From: Candidatus Bipolaricaulota bacterium
Lineage (GTDB): Bacteria > Bipolaricaulota > Bipolaricaulia > RBG-16-55-9 > DRXL01
Direction of reading: 5' to 3'
DNA: 64,000 bases
Assembly (NCBI GenBank): GCA_025061735.1
Contig: JANXAU010000044.1
Coordinates: 13,933 to 77,932, forward strand
The position numbers and the translations under genes are program-made. Each line of letters begins with the position of its first letter. Position 1 is the stretch's first letter. Below, piece after piece: positions 39,271-48,457 of the stretch. Below the pieces are notes generated by a model. The model saw nothing but the letters and a program-made list of their open reading frames with translations. It was not told where the DNA came from and ran no database searches.

Positions 39271-39792
39271 TCAAGCCGCAGGATTTTGCAACCGGTCAGC
39301 GCGTAGCGACCTCTGTCCCGATTGGAGATTTCTCACATATACGATCTGCCCGGCGTGATAGAGAAAGTGTTCTAGAATCATCTCAAACAGCTCTTGGAGG
39401 GTCTTTTCGCCGTCGGGCGCGCGATACGAACGAGACAGATCTGAATCTGTCAGGGCGCTCAATCGGCGCTCTAGCTCCGCGTAGGCTTCGTCCAGAAGCG
39501 TTTGCGCGGCTTTCAGATCACCACCTGCCCGTTCAAAGCGCTCTTTGAGCGCATCCCACGTCAGCGTGCCCGATCCAAACGCATAGTCCAACTGATGGAG
39601 CGTGTCTCCGGCAACGTGAAAGAGGATCTCTAAGATCGAGCCTTTGGCCCACGGGAAGCCCTTGTAGTGCGCCGGTGTCCACGCAGCTTCTTCGGGCTTG
39701 AGGCCCTCTAGAGCGCGCTGGAGAGAGTGCCAGCGACTGGTGCGATACGCGGCTTTGAGCTGGCGCTGCAGCTGTTCTACTTGCGTTTTCAT
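39271..39792 (-). CDS. DinB family protein
   Basis: SI.EILFH and EHFLYHAGQI metal motifs; start uncertain (39792 or 39846). Confidence 0.8.
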   Translation of the reverse strand: MKTQVEQLQRQLKAAYRTSRWHSLQRALEGLKPEEAAWTPAHYKGFPWAKGSILEILFHVAGDTLHQLDYAFGSGTLTWDALKERFERAGGDLKAAQTLLDEAYAELERRLSALTDSDLSRSYRAPDGEKTLQELFEMILEHFLYHAGQIVYVRNLQSGQRSLRADRLQNPAA

Positions 39793-39828
39793 AACTTTAT
39801 CGGAGCTGACAGCAGATAGTAAAAGACT

Positions 39829-39857
39829 CAAGCCCCGGTCGCTCATGCCGGGGCTTG
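39829..39857 (-). terminator. hairpin / probable intrinsic terminator between doxX and the DinB gene
   Basis: 10-bp IR CAAGCCCCGG/CCGGGGCTTG followed on the minus strand by AGTCTTTT. Confidence 0.55.
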
Positions 39858-39988
39858 CTCATTTCCGGTTTCCTGCCTTCCCTTCCTCCTAGGTGTTAGG
39901 AGGTTCTGCAGATGTCTAGAAGACGGCTCCAATCTTAGAGTGGGCCGCGTTCCAAGACCATGCAGAAAGCGTGAAAATTGCGTGACCG

Positions 39989-40414
39989 TCACAGTTCTTT
40001 ATGAAAGATCGCGCGCTCCAGCGAGAGCGGCCCCGGCCCCGTTAAGAGCAACGCTAAGCATCCAGCCAGCAGCGCTAGATCGAGTTCGTACCCCGACCGC
40101 CCGCCACTCCCCAGCAGCCCCGCCTGCAGCTTGACCGTGAAGATCGCCACGATCATAATAATCGCCAGCGGGATAGACCAGTAGCGCGTGAACAGCCCAA
40201 CGATCAACCCGATGCCGCCGACCAGCTCAAAGAAAGCGACCAAGAACGCAAAAACCTCCGGCAACGGAATGCCCAGATTGCTTAAGAAGCCAGCAAACCT
40301 ATCTAGGCCATTGGCGAACTTCTGCCAGCCGTGTGCCGCAAAGATAACTCCCACGGCCAAGCGCAACGGCAGCGCCGCCCAACTGCTAAATCCCCCAACC
40401 CATCTCTCTAACAC
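39989..40414 (-). CDS. DoxX family membrane protein
   Basis: LRLAVG.IF..HGWQK, ELVGG, GLFTR, GYEL, GPG..SL; GTG start after GGAGGTGG. Confidence 0.88.
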   Translation of the reverse strand: MLERWVGGFSSWAALPLRLAVGVIFAAHGWQKFANGLDRFAGFLSNLGIPLPEVFAFLVAFFELVGGIGLIVGLFTRYWSIPLAIIMIVAIFTVKLQAGLLGSGGRSGYELDLALLAGCLALLLTGPGPLSLERAIFHKEL

Positions 40415-40477
40415 GCTCGACCACCTCCGCAAGAGATTCTGTACTCTTATAGCAAAAAGAACCCGGAGAAGGCAAAT

Positions 40478-43024
40478 CTAGCGCTCTACCAACCACAAGA
40501 GCTTGCGCGCCGCCAAATCCCCCAGAAAGAGCAGCAGCGCCAGAGCGAGCAGCCACGGCCACAGCTCTGCATAGGCGTCTCGGCTCAGCTCCGCCGCCGG
40601 GGGCAGGACGGGGCGCTCCAAGAACTGCCCCCCTGTCAGCCGCGCGATCTTGTCTAGATTCTCTATATTGGCCCCCACGCGACGATACTCTTCGGCGTAC
40701 GAGACGGTGAAGAGCTGCGCGCGCTCGGCGAGCTTTTCGCCCTCGCGTTGAGCTGTTAGATGAATGCCATAAACCCCACGGGGCAGGTTCTCCACGCGCG
40801 CCCGGTAGCGTCCCGGCGCGATCTGCGTGAACGCGATCTCTTGAAAGACCGGGCCGCTGAGAGTCGCTTGCAGATTCCAACCCGAAGCCCACCCGCCCTG
40901 TGCGTCTTGCACATCGACGATCAGCTCTAAATACTTCTCAGTAGATTTTGCTTGTAAGGTCAAGCCTTCTTCGTACAATCTCCCTCGATAGATCTGTGCG
41001 ACGCTCTCGCTTACTAAACGGCTCAGCTCCGACCACGCCAGCCATTCTTGCGAGCCATCGCCCTCTAAATCGGTGTTGAGCACCCCGACGCGCCCTAAAC
41101 CGTAAGACCAGAAGCTCAGAATGGGGTCGCCTTCGGGAGCTGTCGCTAAGACGACCTGAGCCGCAGGCTTCTCATGGGTGAGCACATAGCCCTGCAAAGG
41201 CGGCAACTCTTCTAGAGCCGACGCGCGCGAAACGATGGGTGACTGTCCTTCGATCCAGCGCAAGCGCGCGATGCGCCGCACTTCTCTGAGAGAGAACGCC
41301 GGCAAGTCGGTGAACTCCTGCACCCGTTGGTACTTCCCCCGTCCGGCGTTGGCCAACCCTTGGAGGAACTCTTCATCGGGTTCCCGATCTATCCCCAGCG
41401 CCGAGACGCGCACCGTGCTCTGGGCCAAGCGCGCGTACAGCTCGCGGTACTCGCGCTCGCGCTTGTTGTTGTTATGCCCATCGGTGAAGACCAAGATATG
41501 CTTGACGCGCGCGGAGACTCGCTCTAAAGTCTGAAAGGCATCTTTGAGGGCGAAGTAGAGATCGGTGCCGCCGGAGGCTTGTAATCGTTGGATATTCTCG
41601 CGATGGGCTTGGCGATCCCCCAAAGGCTGCAACGGATGGATCCATTGAAAGTCGGTGGAGAACGCGATGATCCCGACCCAGTCTTCGGGGTCTAAGATCT
41701 CCAAGCTGCGCAGCACCGAGCGCTTGAGGATCTCGAGTTTGGGGATGCCGCCGCGCACGGGGTCGGCCATGCTCCCCGAGCGATCCAAGACGAAGACCAG
41801 AGCGATCCCGGGGATCTGATAGGGTTCGGGGACGAGATACGAGACGGGGAGAAACTCTTCTAATTGGGCCAGTTCGTCGGGGGTCTGGCCGCCTAGGCCC
41901 TCGACGGCGGCACGCCCTTGGATGAGCCACAGCCCGCCTCCTAGATCGCGCACGTAGCGCTTTAAGAGCTCGCGCTGGGTGCTGGAGAGCTTCTCCAAAG
42001 AGATATTGTTTAAGATCACAGCTTTATAGTGAGAGAGAACCAAGGGGTTGTCTAGGAACTCGCGGAGCGTCTTGTGATCGGCCTTTAACTCGACGCTCTC
42101 CAAGATGCGCACAAGCGGGCTAGAACTCTGATGCTCTTGCACCACAAGCACCGGCGCATCCCCCAAGACACGCGTAGCGGCTTCGAGTTGGTTGTTCTCG
42201 GTCAGACGATCTCTTTCGGCCTTCACATAAGCGCGATAGTGATAGACACCGGGAGCGTCTAATCTATCGGTGACTCGGATCTCTTGGACGCCGGGAGCCA
42301 GCGCGAGCGATAGCGCCTGGTGCAGCTCGTTGTTGCGGTAGAGCAGGAGCGTCGCGGCGCTCTGCTGGGTGGCTCCCAGAAGCAGCCTTAGGGCAAAGGG
42401 CACGCCGGGGGTGACCTCCTCGGGGATCTCGAACCGATCAAGCCAGAGTTCTGGGTGCGAGGCCGTCAGCGGCCAGACGTGAATGGGGACGCCCTCGCGG
42501 CGGGCAAGCTGGAGCGCGCGATCGAGATCTCCTCGGGTTGGCTGCCCGTCGGAGAGCAGGACGATCTCGCGGCGTCCGCGCCGCGGCAGCGTCTCCAACG
42601 CTAACTGCACCGCGCTTTCTAAATTCGTCGCTTGGGGGTCGGGGTCGGTCTGGAAGTCGCTGAGGGGTAGAGTCGGCGCGAAGCCCGATTCGACCAACGC
42701 CTCGGCCCCAAAGGCGATAAGCGCGTAGTACGTATGAGGGGCGGGCGGAGCGAGTGCTCGTAGGGTCTCTCTCAGTTGACGAATATCTGTTTGGATGCTT
42801 GCCGAGCGATCTACGAGAAAGTAGACGTAGCGATCGGCGGCGCTGAGGGCAAGGCGCGGCCCCGCCAGCCCCAAGACCAAGACGCCAAGCGCCGCGAGGC
42901 GCAGAAACGTCGCCCAGCGCTCCGGGCGCGCCAGCTCGCGAATCTGCGCGCGCCGCCACCAGAGAAGACCTAGCAGCCCCACCCACATCAACAAGACCCA
43001 CGGCGCATCGAAGATCAAGCTCAT
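40478..43024 (-). CDS. membrane-anchored protein with two vWA domains and a GATase-like domain
   Basis: MIDAS motifs DRSAS and DRSGSM, LSDG and FTDG, YVRDLGGGL, C-terminal TM. Confidence 0.8.
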   Translation of the reverse strand: MSLIFDAPWVLLMWVGLLGLLWWRRAQIRELARPERWATFLRLAALGVLVLGLAGPRLALSAADRYVYFLVDRSASIQTDIRQLRETLRALAPPAPHTYYALIAFGAEALVESGFAPTLPLSDFQTDPDPQATNLESAVQLALETLPRRGRREIVLLSDGQPTRGDLDRALQLARREGVPIHVWPLTASHPELWLDRFEIPEEVTPGVPFALRLLLGATQQSAATLLLYRNNELHQALSLALAPGVQEIRVTDRLDAPGVYHYRAYVKAERDRLTENNQLEAATRVLGDAPVLVVQEHQSSSPLVRILESVELKADHKTLREFLDNPLVLSHYKAVILNNISLEKLSSTQRELLKRYVRDLGGGLWLIQGRAAVEGLGGQTPDELAQLEEFLPVSYLVPEPYQIPGIALVFVLDRSGSMADPVRGGIPKLEILKRSVLRSLEILDPEDWVGIIAFSTDFQWIHPLQPLGDRQAHRENIQRLQASGGTDLYFALKDAFQTLERVSARVKHILVFTDGHNNNKREREYRELYARLAQSTVRVSALGIDREPDEEFLQGLANAGRGKYQRVQEFTDLPAFSLREVRRIARLRWIEGQSPIVSRASALEELPPLQGYVLTHEKPAAQVVLATAPEGDPILSFWSYGLGRVGVLNTDLEGDGSQEWLAWSELSRLVSESVAQIYRGRLYEEGLTLQAKSTEKYLELIVDVQDAQGGWASGWNLQATLSGPVFQEIAFTQIAPGRYRARVENLPRGVYGIHLTAQREGEKLAERAQLFTVSYAEEYRRVGANIENLDKIARLTGGQFLERPVLPPAAELSRDAYAELWPWLLALALLLFLGDLAARKLLWLVER

Positions 43025-44751
43025 CGTCCACCTCGCGACAAGCGCCAACGCCACAGAGCCCCTAGAGAGAACGACGGCCTTCCCAGATACAGAACGATCT
43101 CGACGAGCAAGAAGACGAGCGCGGCCCACGCCCCGTAGTGCCAGAGGGGGATCTGCACGCGAAGAAGCTCTTCTGAGAAGACGGAAGAGACGGACTGCGG
43201 AGCAGCAGCGCTCTCCCCAGAGCGATTGATGAGTGACTCTTGCGGGTCAAGATTGACGGCGTAGTCTTGGTAGAATCCCGGTGCAGGAGCCAACGAGCTG
43301 ACGTACTGTTCATCAGCAGTGAAGGCCATCTCCGGGAGCAACCAGCGCAGGGCGTTCTGCACGAAGATCGGGAAGCTCGGCGTGAGCACGAAGGCCGACT
43401 CTTGGAGGCTGGCGCCCCAATAGAGCAAGCGCAACGCGCCGGAGCTGTGCGCCGCGATCAGCGGGGCGTCCTGCGCTACGGCCAGAGGCCGCACGACGGG
43501 GCTGAGTCGCACCTCGCGCATCCGCAGAGGCTGCAGATGTGCCAGCTGCACATGCTCCACCACTGGGTGCGTTGCTTCTACCCAGCGCACAGGGGTCCCT
43601 ACTCGCAGATCTCCAACGATCTGTACCAACGGTTCCAGAGAGCTGTTGACCAAGAGCCAGCGCCCCGATCCCAACGCGGGCAGATGAATATTATGAGCGA
43701 CGATCAGATCAAAAGCCTCTGGAGCAACAGACTCTCTTTCTAGCGCTTTGAGAAACTCAAAGCGCGGCTGGGCGTAGAGCGCTAGGGCGCGTTCCAGAAA
43801 GAAGTTGCGCTCTCCTAGCCATAAGATGCGCAGCGTCTTGGGGGCGGGCAGGAGAAAGTAGCGTTCGTTATCGTGAGAGAAGGAATCGTCTGCATCGAGG
43901 CGCGCGACGAAGCGCTGAGCGAGCGCGCTCCAGGTCTCGATATGATGAGCCTTCCCTGGCTCTACGGAGATGCTCTGGCGAAAGATCTCTTTGTCGTCAG
44001 CGAAGAGGCGAATCTGGGCGTCCAGAGTCTTGTCAGAGAAGTTTTCGACGCGGCTCCAGAGGGCCAGGCGTGTGGGGGCTTCGGGCAGCGGGCGCGCGGC
44101 CAAGCCCGTGATCGCCAGATTGGGAACGTTGCTCCCTACGGGCAGCCAGCGCATCTTCTCTCTCTCTTCGGGAGGACGATCGCTGATGTAGAGAATCTCC
44201 GTGATCTGTGAGCGCTCCCCCAGACCGAGCAAGAGCTGCATCAGAGCGCTCCATGACGCATCGGCTTGCAGCGAGGGCCGCGCCTGCTGCAACGCACGGA
44301 GAACGGCGTTGCGATCTGCGCTGAAGGGCATCAACAGACGCGGCTCGCGCTGCGCTTGAATCACCGCGATCTTCTGTGGGCGAAGCCGTTCGATCTGCTC
44401 GATGGCTAACGCGCGCGCCCTCTCATAGCGCGTCGTCGTGCCGTCGCGCGCCTGCATGCTGGCGCTGCCGTCTATAACAATCACGAGATTCCCGCCGCCG
44501 ACGATCTCGTGGGAGAGAAAGGGCATGGCCAGCGCGAAGACCAGCCCCAAGAGCGCGGCCAACTGCAACAGCAGCAGCCCGATCTTCGTCCAGAGAAACG
44601 AGAGCGCACTGCGCGGGCGCTCGGCCTCTCGCGTCCAGAGCCAGATCGCCGAGACGCGCCGCTCCTCTTCGCGCCGCCGCAAGAAGTAAAGCACCGCGAC
44701 GCCTACGGCGAGCCCTAACAGTCCCCACGCCCACGGCTGCAAGAAGATCAC
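43021..44751 (-). CDS. BatA-like N-terminal double-TM plus vWA protein
   Basis: MIFLQPWAW..VLYFL..VSAIWLW, IDGSASM, SFPIF, C-terminal TM. Confidence 0.8.
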   Translation of the reverse strand: MIFLQPWAWGLLGLAVGVAVLYFLRRREEERRVSAIWLWTREAERPRSALSFLWTKIGLLLLQLAALLGLVFALAMPFLSHEIVGGGNLVIVIDGSASMQARDGTTTRYERARALAIEQIERLRPQKIAVIQAQREPRLLMPFSADRNAVLRALQQARPSLQADASWSALMQLLLGLGERSQITEILYISDRPPEEREKMRWLPVGSNVPNLAITGLAARPLPEAPTRLALWSRVENFSDKTLDAQIRLFADDKEIFRQSISVEPGKAHHIETWSALAQRFVARLDADDSFSHDNERYFLLPAPKTLRILWLGERNFFLERALALYAQPRFEFLKALERESVAPEAFDLIVAHNIHLPALGSGRWLLVNSSLEPLVQIVGDLRVGTPVRWVEATHPVVEHVQLAHLQPLRMREVRLSPVVRPLAVAQDAPLIAAHSSGALRLLYWGASLQESAFVLTPSFPIFVQNALRWLLPEMAFTADEQYVSSLAPAPGFYQDYAVNLDPQESLINRSGESAAAPQSVSSVFSEELLRVQIPLWHYGAWAALVFLLVEIVLYLGRPSFSLGALWRWRLSRGGR

Positions 44752-45644
44752 GAGAAGAGCACCCCTCGCAAATCTTCCAAAAGCACGCGCTCCAGCGGTC
44801 TCTCCGTCGAGACGAGCACGCGCCGGATACGCCGCGCCCGGCAGAACTCGTCCAACTCTTGCTCGTAAGCCGCCAGACGCTCCCGATAGCGATGCACCGC
44901 GTCGCGCCCCACCGAGAACGCCCGCGCGCTCTCGCTGTCTATCAGACGCGCCTCGCTTGCTATGCGAGGCATTATATCTTCCGGAGCTAGAACTTGCACG
45001 ATGACGATCTCGAATCGCTTATACAGCAGATGCGACAAGCCCAACTGATAACCGTGCTCATCGAGCATGTCGCTGAGAAGGATCGCAAGCCCGTTCTCCA
45101 AGGGCAGTTTGGCGAAGCGCTCTAGCGCATCGTTGAGGGCGGTCTCGCCCTGGGCTTGTAGAGACGTTAACAAACGAAAGATCTTGTGCAGTTGGGAGCT
45201 GCCCGCGTGTGGTGCGATGCCCCGCGCCAAGTCGCGCGCAAACGGAAAGACCCCCACCCGGTTCAGTTCCTTCAGGCCGATATACGCCAGCGCTGCGGCC
45301 AGCCGCGCTGCATAAGAGAGCTTTTCTCCCAACGCCATCGAGCGGCTCGTGTCTATTAATAAATAGATGGGAATCTCTTCTTCGCGATGGAAGACCTTTA
45401 CGAAGAGCCGATCGAGACGCCCATAGAGATTCCAATCGACGTAGCGCAGATCGTCGCCGGGATAGTATTCGCGATATTCGGCGAACTCTAGGCTCATCCC
45501 GGCGCGCGCCGTCTTGTGCGCCCCCGCGTAGCCGTGAAAGTGGCGCTTCACCAGAAGCTGTAGATGCAGCAATCTTCTCAGAAACTCTTCATCGAGCAGC
45601 GCGTGCTCTTGGGGAAGCTCTAAGCTATTCTTCTGGGCGGACAT
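44748..45644 (-). CDS. DUF58 domain protein
   Basis: EFAEYREY.PGDDLRYVDWN, DTSRSM, LSD. Confidence 0.88.
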   Translation of the reverse strand: MSAQKNSLELPQEHALLDEEFLRRLLHLQLLVKRHFHGYAGAHKTARAGMSLEFAEYREYYPGDDLRYVDWNLYGRLDRLFVKVFHREEEIPIYLLIDTSRSMALGEKLSYAARLAAALAYIGLKELNRVGVFPFARDLARGIAPHAGSSQLHKIFRLLTSLQAQGETALNDALERFAKLPLENGLAILLSDMLDEHGYQLGLSHLLYKRFEIVIVQVLAPEDIMPRIASEARLIDSESARAFSVGRDAVHRYRERLAAYEQELDEFCRARRIRRVLVSTERPLERVLLEDLRGVLFS

Positions 45645-46626
45645 GGTCAAAGACGTCTTGGAGGATCTGCTCGACGGGGATGCCCTCGGCCTCCCCGCGA
45701 AAGTTGCGAATGATCCGATGGCGCAGACTGGGATAATAGACCGCTTGGATGTCTACGATGCGAGCGTGCCACTCTCCGGACAAAAAAGCGTGTGCTTTGG
45801 CGCCGCGCACGAGCGCCAAAGCAGCCCGCGGGCTGGCCCCGTACTCGACGTATCTTTTGACGGACTCTGGAGCGCTCTCCGCAGTCGGCTGCGTGGCGTA
45901 GACGAGCCGCGTGGCGTAGCGCCGCAGGGGCGACGCGATGGGCCAAGCGCTCACGAGCCTCTGGGCTTCTAGGATCTCGGTTCGGCTCAAGATCTGGGAC
46001 ACGGAGGCCCCATAGCTGCCCCGACCGTGCCGATCTACGATCTCTTCTAGCTCTTTGAGGGTGGGGTAAGTCAGCAGAATCTTGAAGAAGAAGCGATCTA
46101 TCTGGGCTTCGGGCAGGGGGTATGTTCCCTCCATCTCGATGGGGTTTTGGGTGGCCAAGACCATAAACGGCTCTTCTAATCTATAGGTCTCGCCGCCGGT
46201 GGTGACGCTGCGCTCCTGCATCGCCTCTAGGAGCGCCGATTGCGTCTTGGGAGTGGCGCGATTGATCTCGTCGGCTAATATGAGATTGGCAAAGATCGGG
46301 CCGCGCGCGAACTCAAAGTAGCGTCTTCCAGAGTCGTCTTCTAGCAGAATGCGCGTGCCGATGATATCGGCAGGCATGAGATCGGGTGTGAACTGAATGC
46401 GTGAGAACTTCAATCCCAGGGCTTGTCCCAGCGTGCGCACCAACAGCGTCTTGCCCAGCCCCGGCACGCCCTCTAATAAGAGATGCTCCCCGCAGAGCAG
46501 CCCGATCAGCGCCTGCTGGATGACTTCTTCTTGCCCGATGATCACCGAGCCGATCTCTTTCACCAATGAGTGAAACTTCTCTTGCAGCTCGCGCACGCGT
46601 GCCTCGTCCATCGCGTTCACTCTCAC
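45625..46626 (-). CDS. moxR: MoxR family AAA+ ATPase
   Basis: EGVPGLGKT, RIQFTPDLMPAD, DEINRA.PKTQSALLE, ATQNPIE; alternative ATG at 46611. Confidence 0.93.
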   Translation of the reverse strand: MRVNAMDEARVRELQEKFHSLVKEIGSVIIGQEEVIQQALIGLLCGEHLLLEGVPGLGKTLLVRTLGQALGLKFSRIQFTPDLMPADIIGTRILLEDDSGRRYFEFARGPIFANLILADEINRATPKTQSALLEAMQERSVTTGGETYRLEEPFMVLATQNPIEMEGTYPLPEAQIDRFFFKILLTYPTLKELEEIVDRHGRGSYGASVSQILSRTEILEAQRLVSAWPIASPLRRYATRLVYATQPTAESAPESVKRYVEYGASPRAALALVRGAKAHAFLSGEWHARIVDIQAVYYPSLRHRIIRNFRGEAEGIPVEQILQDVFDHVRPEE

Positions 46627-46657
46627 CCTAGTCCCCTCCCGGGCAGGGAGAGGGAAG
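46620..46657. repeat. degenerate BoxC-like repeat between pyrD and moxR
   Basis: CTCTCACCCTAGTCCCCTCCCGGGCAGGGAGAGGGAAG, matching the copies at 1727 and 16805. Confidence 0.6.
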
Positions 46658-47605
46658 TTAAAGATCTTTGACCGTGCCGACCAGCTCTTCGACGCTATTA
46701 TACCCGTTGGCGTGCAGCCATTCTTGGACGCCGGCCCACAACCTAGCGAACGCTGCCGGGCCTTCCCACAGATAGAGCGTTCCGATCTGGATTACAGACG
46801 CCCCAGCGAGAAAGTGCTTGATCGCATCCTCGGCGGTGACGATCCCGCCTACGCCCCAGACGGCAATCCGAGCCCTGTGCTTCTGAAAGAATCTATAGAA
46901 GCGATGGACCTCGGCGAGCGCGATGGGGAGCACCGCCGGGCCGCCCAGCCCTCCAAAGCCGTCGTTGGGGCGGATCACCTTCGTTCGAGTCTTTACGTCT
47001 ATGTCGAGCGTCAACGGCTCGGAGTTGATCGTGGCGACGTAGGCGATCTCAAACTCCAGGAGAATCCGAGCGATCTCTTCAAAGAGCTTTGGAGTGTTAT
47101 TATACGGTGGAAGCTTGACCCCCACGGGGATTTTGACCTCTCTTGTGACCGCCTTGAGGACGTGGCGCACGCTCTGCGGGTCCATGGCGATGGGGACTTC
47201 TTCTAAGTTAGGGCAAGAGAGATTGAGTTCGAGGGCGTCGGCGCCGGATTCTTCTAGCGCGGTGGCGATCTCGCGATATTGTTCGATGGGGTCTAGGCGA
47301 TGAGGGCATGGGGCGCTGGCGATGCTGGCGATGAGGGGTTTTCGGTAGCGCTCTTTGAGGTGGGAGATGATCTGGGCGTACTGGTGATAGCCGAGATTAG
47401 GCAGGCCCATCGAATTCAGGGAGCCGATGTTGTTGGGGAGTCGTTCGCGCAGGCGGGGTTCGGGGTTCCCTGCTCTGGGGCAGTGGGTCATGCTCTTGGT
47501 TACCACCGCTCCGGAGGCCGATTGTGCGAGGCGTTCTAGCTCTTCGCGCGTCACGGAGTTTGGCCCCGAAGCGTTGGTGATGGGCGGGTAGATCGAGAGT
47601 CTCAT
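46658..47605 (-). CDS. pyrD: dihydroorotate dehydrogenase, class 1A-like
   Basis: NASG, TKS, NSMGLPNLG, ELNLSCPN, KLPPY, FGGLGG, GVGGI. Confidence 0.88.
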   Translation of the reverse strand: MRLSIYPPITNASGPNSVTREELERLAQSASGAVVTKSMTHCPRAGNPEPRLRERLPNNIGSLNSMGLPNLGYHQYAQIISHLKERYRKPLIASIASAPCPHRLDPIEQYREIATALEESGADALELNLSCPNLEEVPIAMDPQSVRHVLKAVTREVKIPVGVKLPPYNNTPKLFEEIARILLEFEIAYVATINSEPLTLDIDVKTRTKVIRPNDGFGGLGGPAVLPIALAEVHRFYRFFQKHRARIAVWGVGGIVTAEDAIKHFLAGASVIQIGTLYLWEGPAAFARLWAGVQEWLHANGYNSVEELVGTVKDL

Positions 47606-47613
47606 GACGCTTG

Positions 47614-47643
47614 ATTATAGAGAAGCGCCCTGGGAGGTGTCAA
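47614..47643 (-). promoter_or_regulatory. consensus promoter of pyrD (leaderless)
   Basis: TTGACA-18bp-TATAAT, 8 nt before ATG, no SD. Confidence 0.8.
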
Positions 47644-47792
47644 CGGGGCAGGGGGTACGTTGCGCGTGATAACCGTTGGTGGGCTACTTTCTGAACCCCG
47701 CGCAAGCTCTTGCCAATTAGCTATTTACAGGTGAGCTGTCTGCTGCCCAACGTTTGCCCGCGAGGGCCGGTCTGGATTATAATGAGCATGAC

Positions 47793-47865
47793 GGGCCCAT
47801 AGCTCAGGGGTTAGAGCGGCCGGCTCATAACCGGTTGGTCGCAGGTTCGAATCCTGCTGGGCCCA
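47793..47865 (+). tRNA. tRNA with CAT anticodon, probably Ile2 (lysidine); CCA not encoded
   Basis: Acceptor GGGCCCA/TGGGCCC plus discriminator A, anticodon arm GCCGG-CT CAT AA-CCGGT, lacks the initiator three G-C pairs and C1 mismatch; TATAAT upstream. Confidence 0.88.
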
Positions 47866-47870
47866 CAGGG

Positions 47871-47900
47871 TCGGGGCGAAGCAGTCCCCCTTCGCCCCGA
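47871..47900 (+). terminator. hairpin downstream of the tRNA
   Basis: 11-bp IR TCGGGGCGAAG/CTTCGCCCCGA followed by TTAA. Confidence 0.6.
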
Positions 47901-47908
47901 TTAACGCT

Positions 47909-48442
47909 ATGGAGAAGCTCTTGATCCACCTTGACGGGGCGTCTCAGGGAAATCCGGGCGAGGCCGCCATCGGCGTCCTCGTCAGCGATGCCCAAGGAAA
48001 CGTCTTAGAAGAGATCTCCCAATACATCGGGCGCACGACCAACAACGTCGCCGAGTACCAAGCGCTCCTCGAGGCCATCCGATGCGCCCTGCGCTACAAC
48101 CCCCAGCGCGTGATCTTCTTCACCGATAGTCAACTCTTGGCCAATCAGATCAACGGGCTGTATCGCATTCGCCGGCCCCATCTGGAGCCGCTGCACCGTC
48201 AAGCCCAAGAACTCTTGCAGAAACTTCCGCGCTGGCAGGTGCACTACGTCGAGCGCGACGCCAACTGGCGCGCCCATCGCTTGGCCCAAAAGGCCCTCTT
48301 AGACCGCGTGGCCAAGGAGGCCGAAGCGGGGCTGCCCGAACGCATCCGCCGCAAGGTCGAAGAGCTGAGCGAACTCGACCAACGAAGAGTCCTAGAATTT
48401 GTCAATCGGCTGTACGAGGAGGCACAACGAGAAAAAATCTAA
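47909..48442 (+). CDS. rnhA: ribonuclease HI family protein with short C-terminal helical extension
   Basis: DGASQGNPG, TNNVAEY.AL, TDSQL, V.R..N..A..LA. Confidence 0.85.
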   Translation: MEKLLIHLDGASQGNPGEAAIGVLVSDAQGNVLEEISQYIGRTTNNVAEYQALLEAIRCALRYNPQRVIFFTDSQLLANQINGLYRIRRPHLEPLHRQAQELLQKLPRWQVHYVERDANWRAHRLAQKALLDRVAKEAEAGLPERIRRKVEELSELDQRRVLEFVNRLYEEAQREKI

Positions 48443-48457
48443 GGAGGGCTAGCTCCT

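Noticed and set aside
39970..39995. CRP-like site (GTGA..TCAC)
   Set aside because: Half-sites are 3 bp apart rather than 6.
40478..46626. moxR-DUF58-vWA-vWA cluster as a novel system
   Set aside because: A widespread known arrangement; nothing here points to its target.
47644..47750. Riboswitch or PyrR leader near pyrD
   Set aside because: The pyrD promoter is adjacent to its ATG, leaving no leader, and I see no recognisable motif or strong stem.
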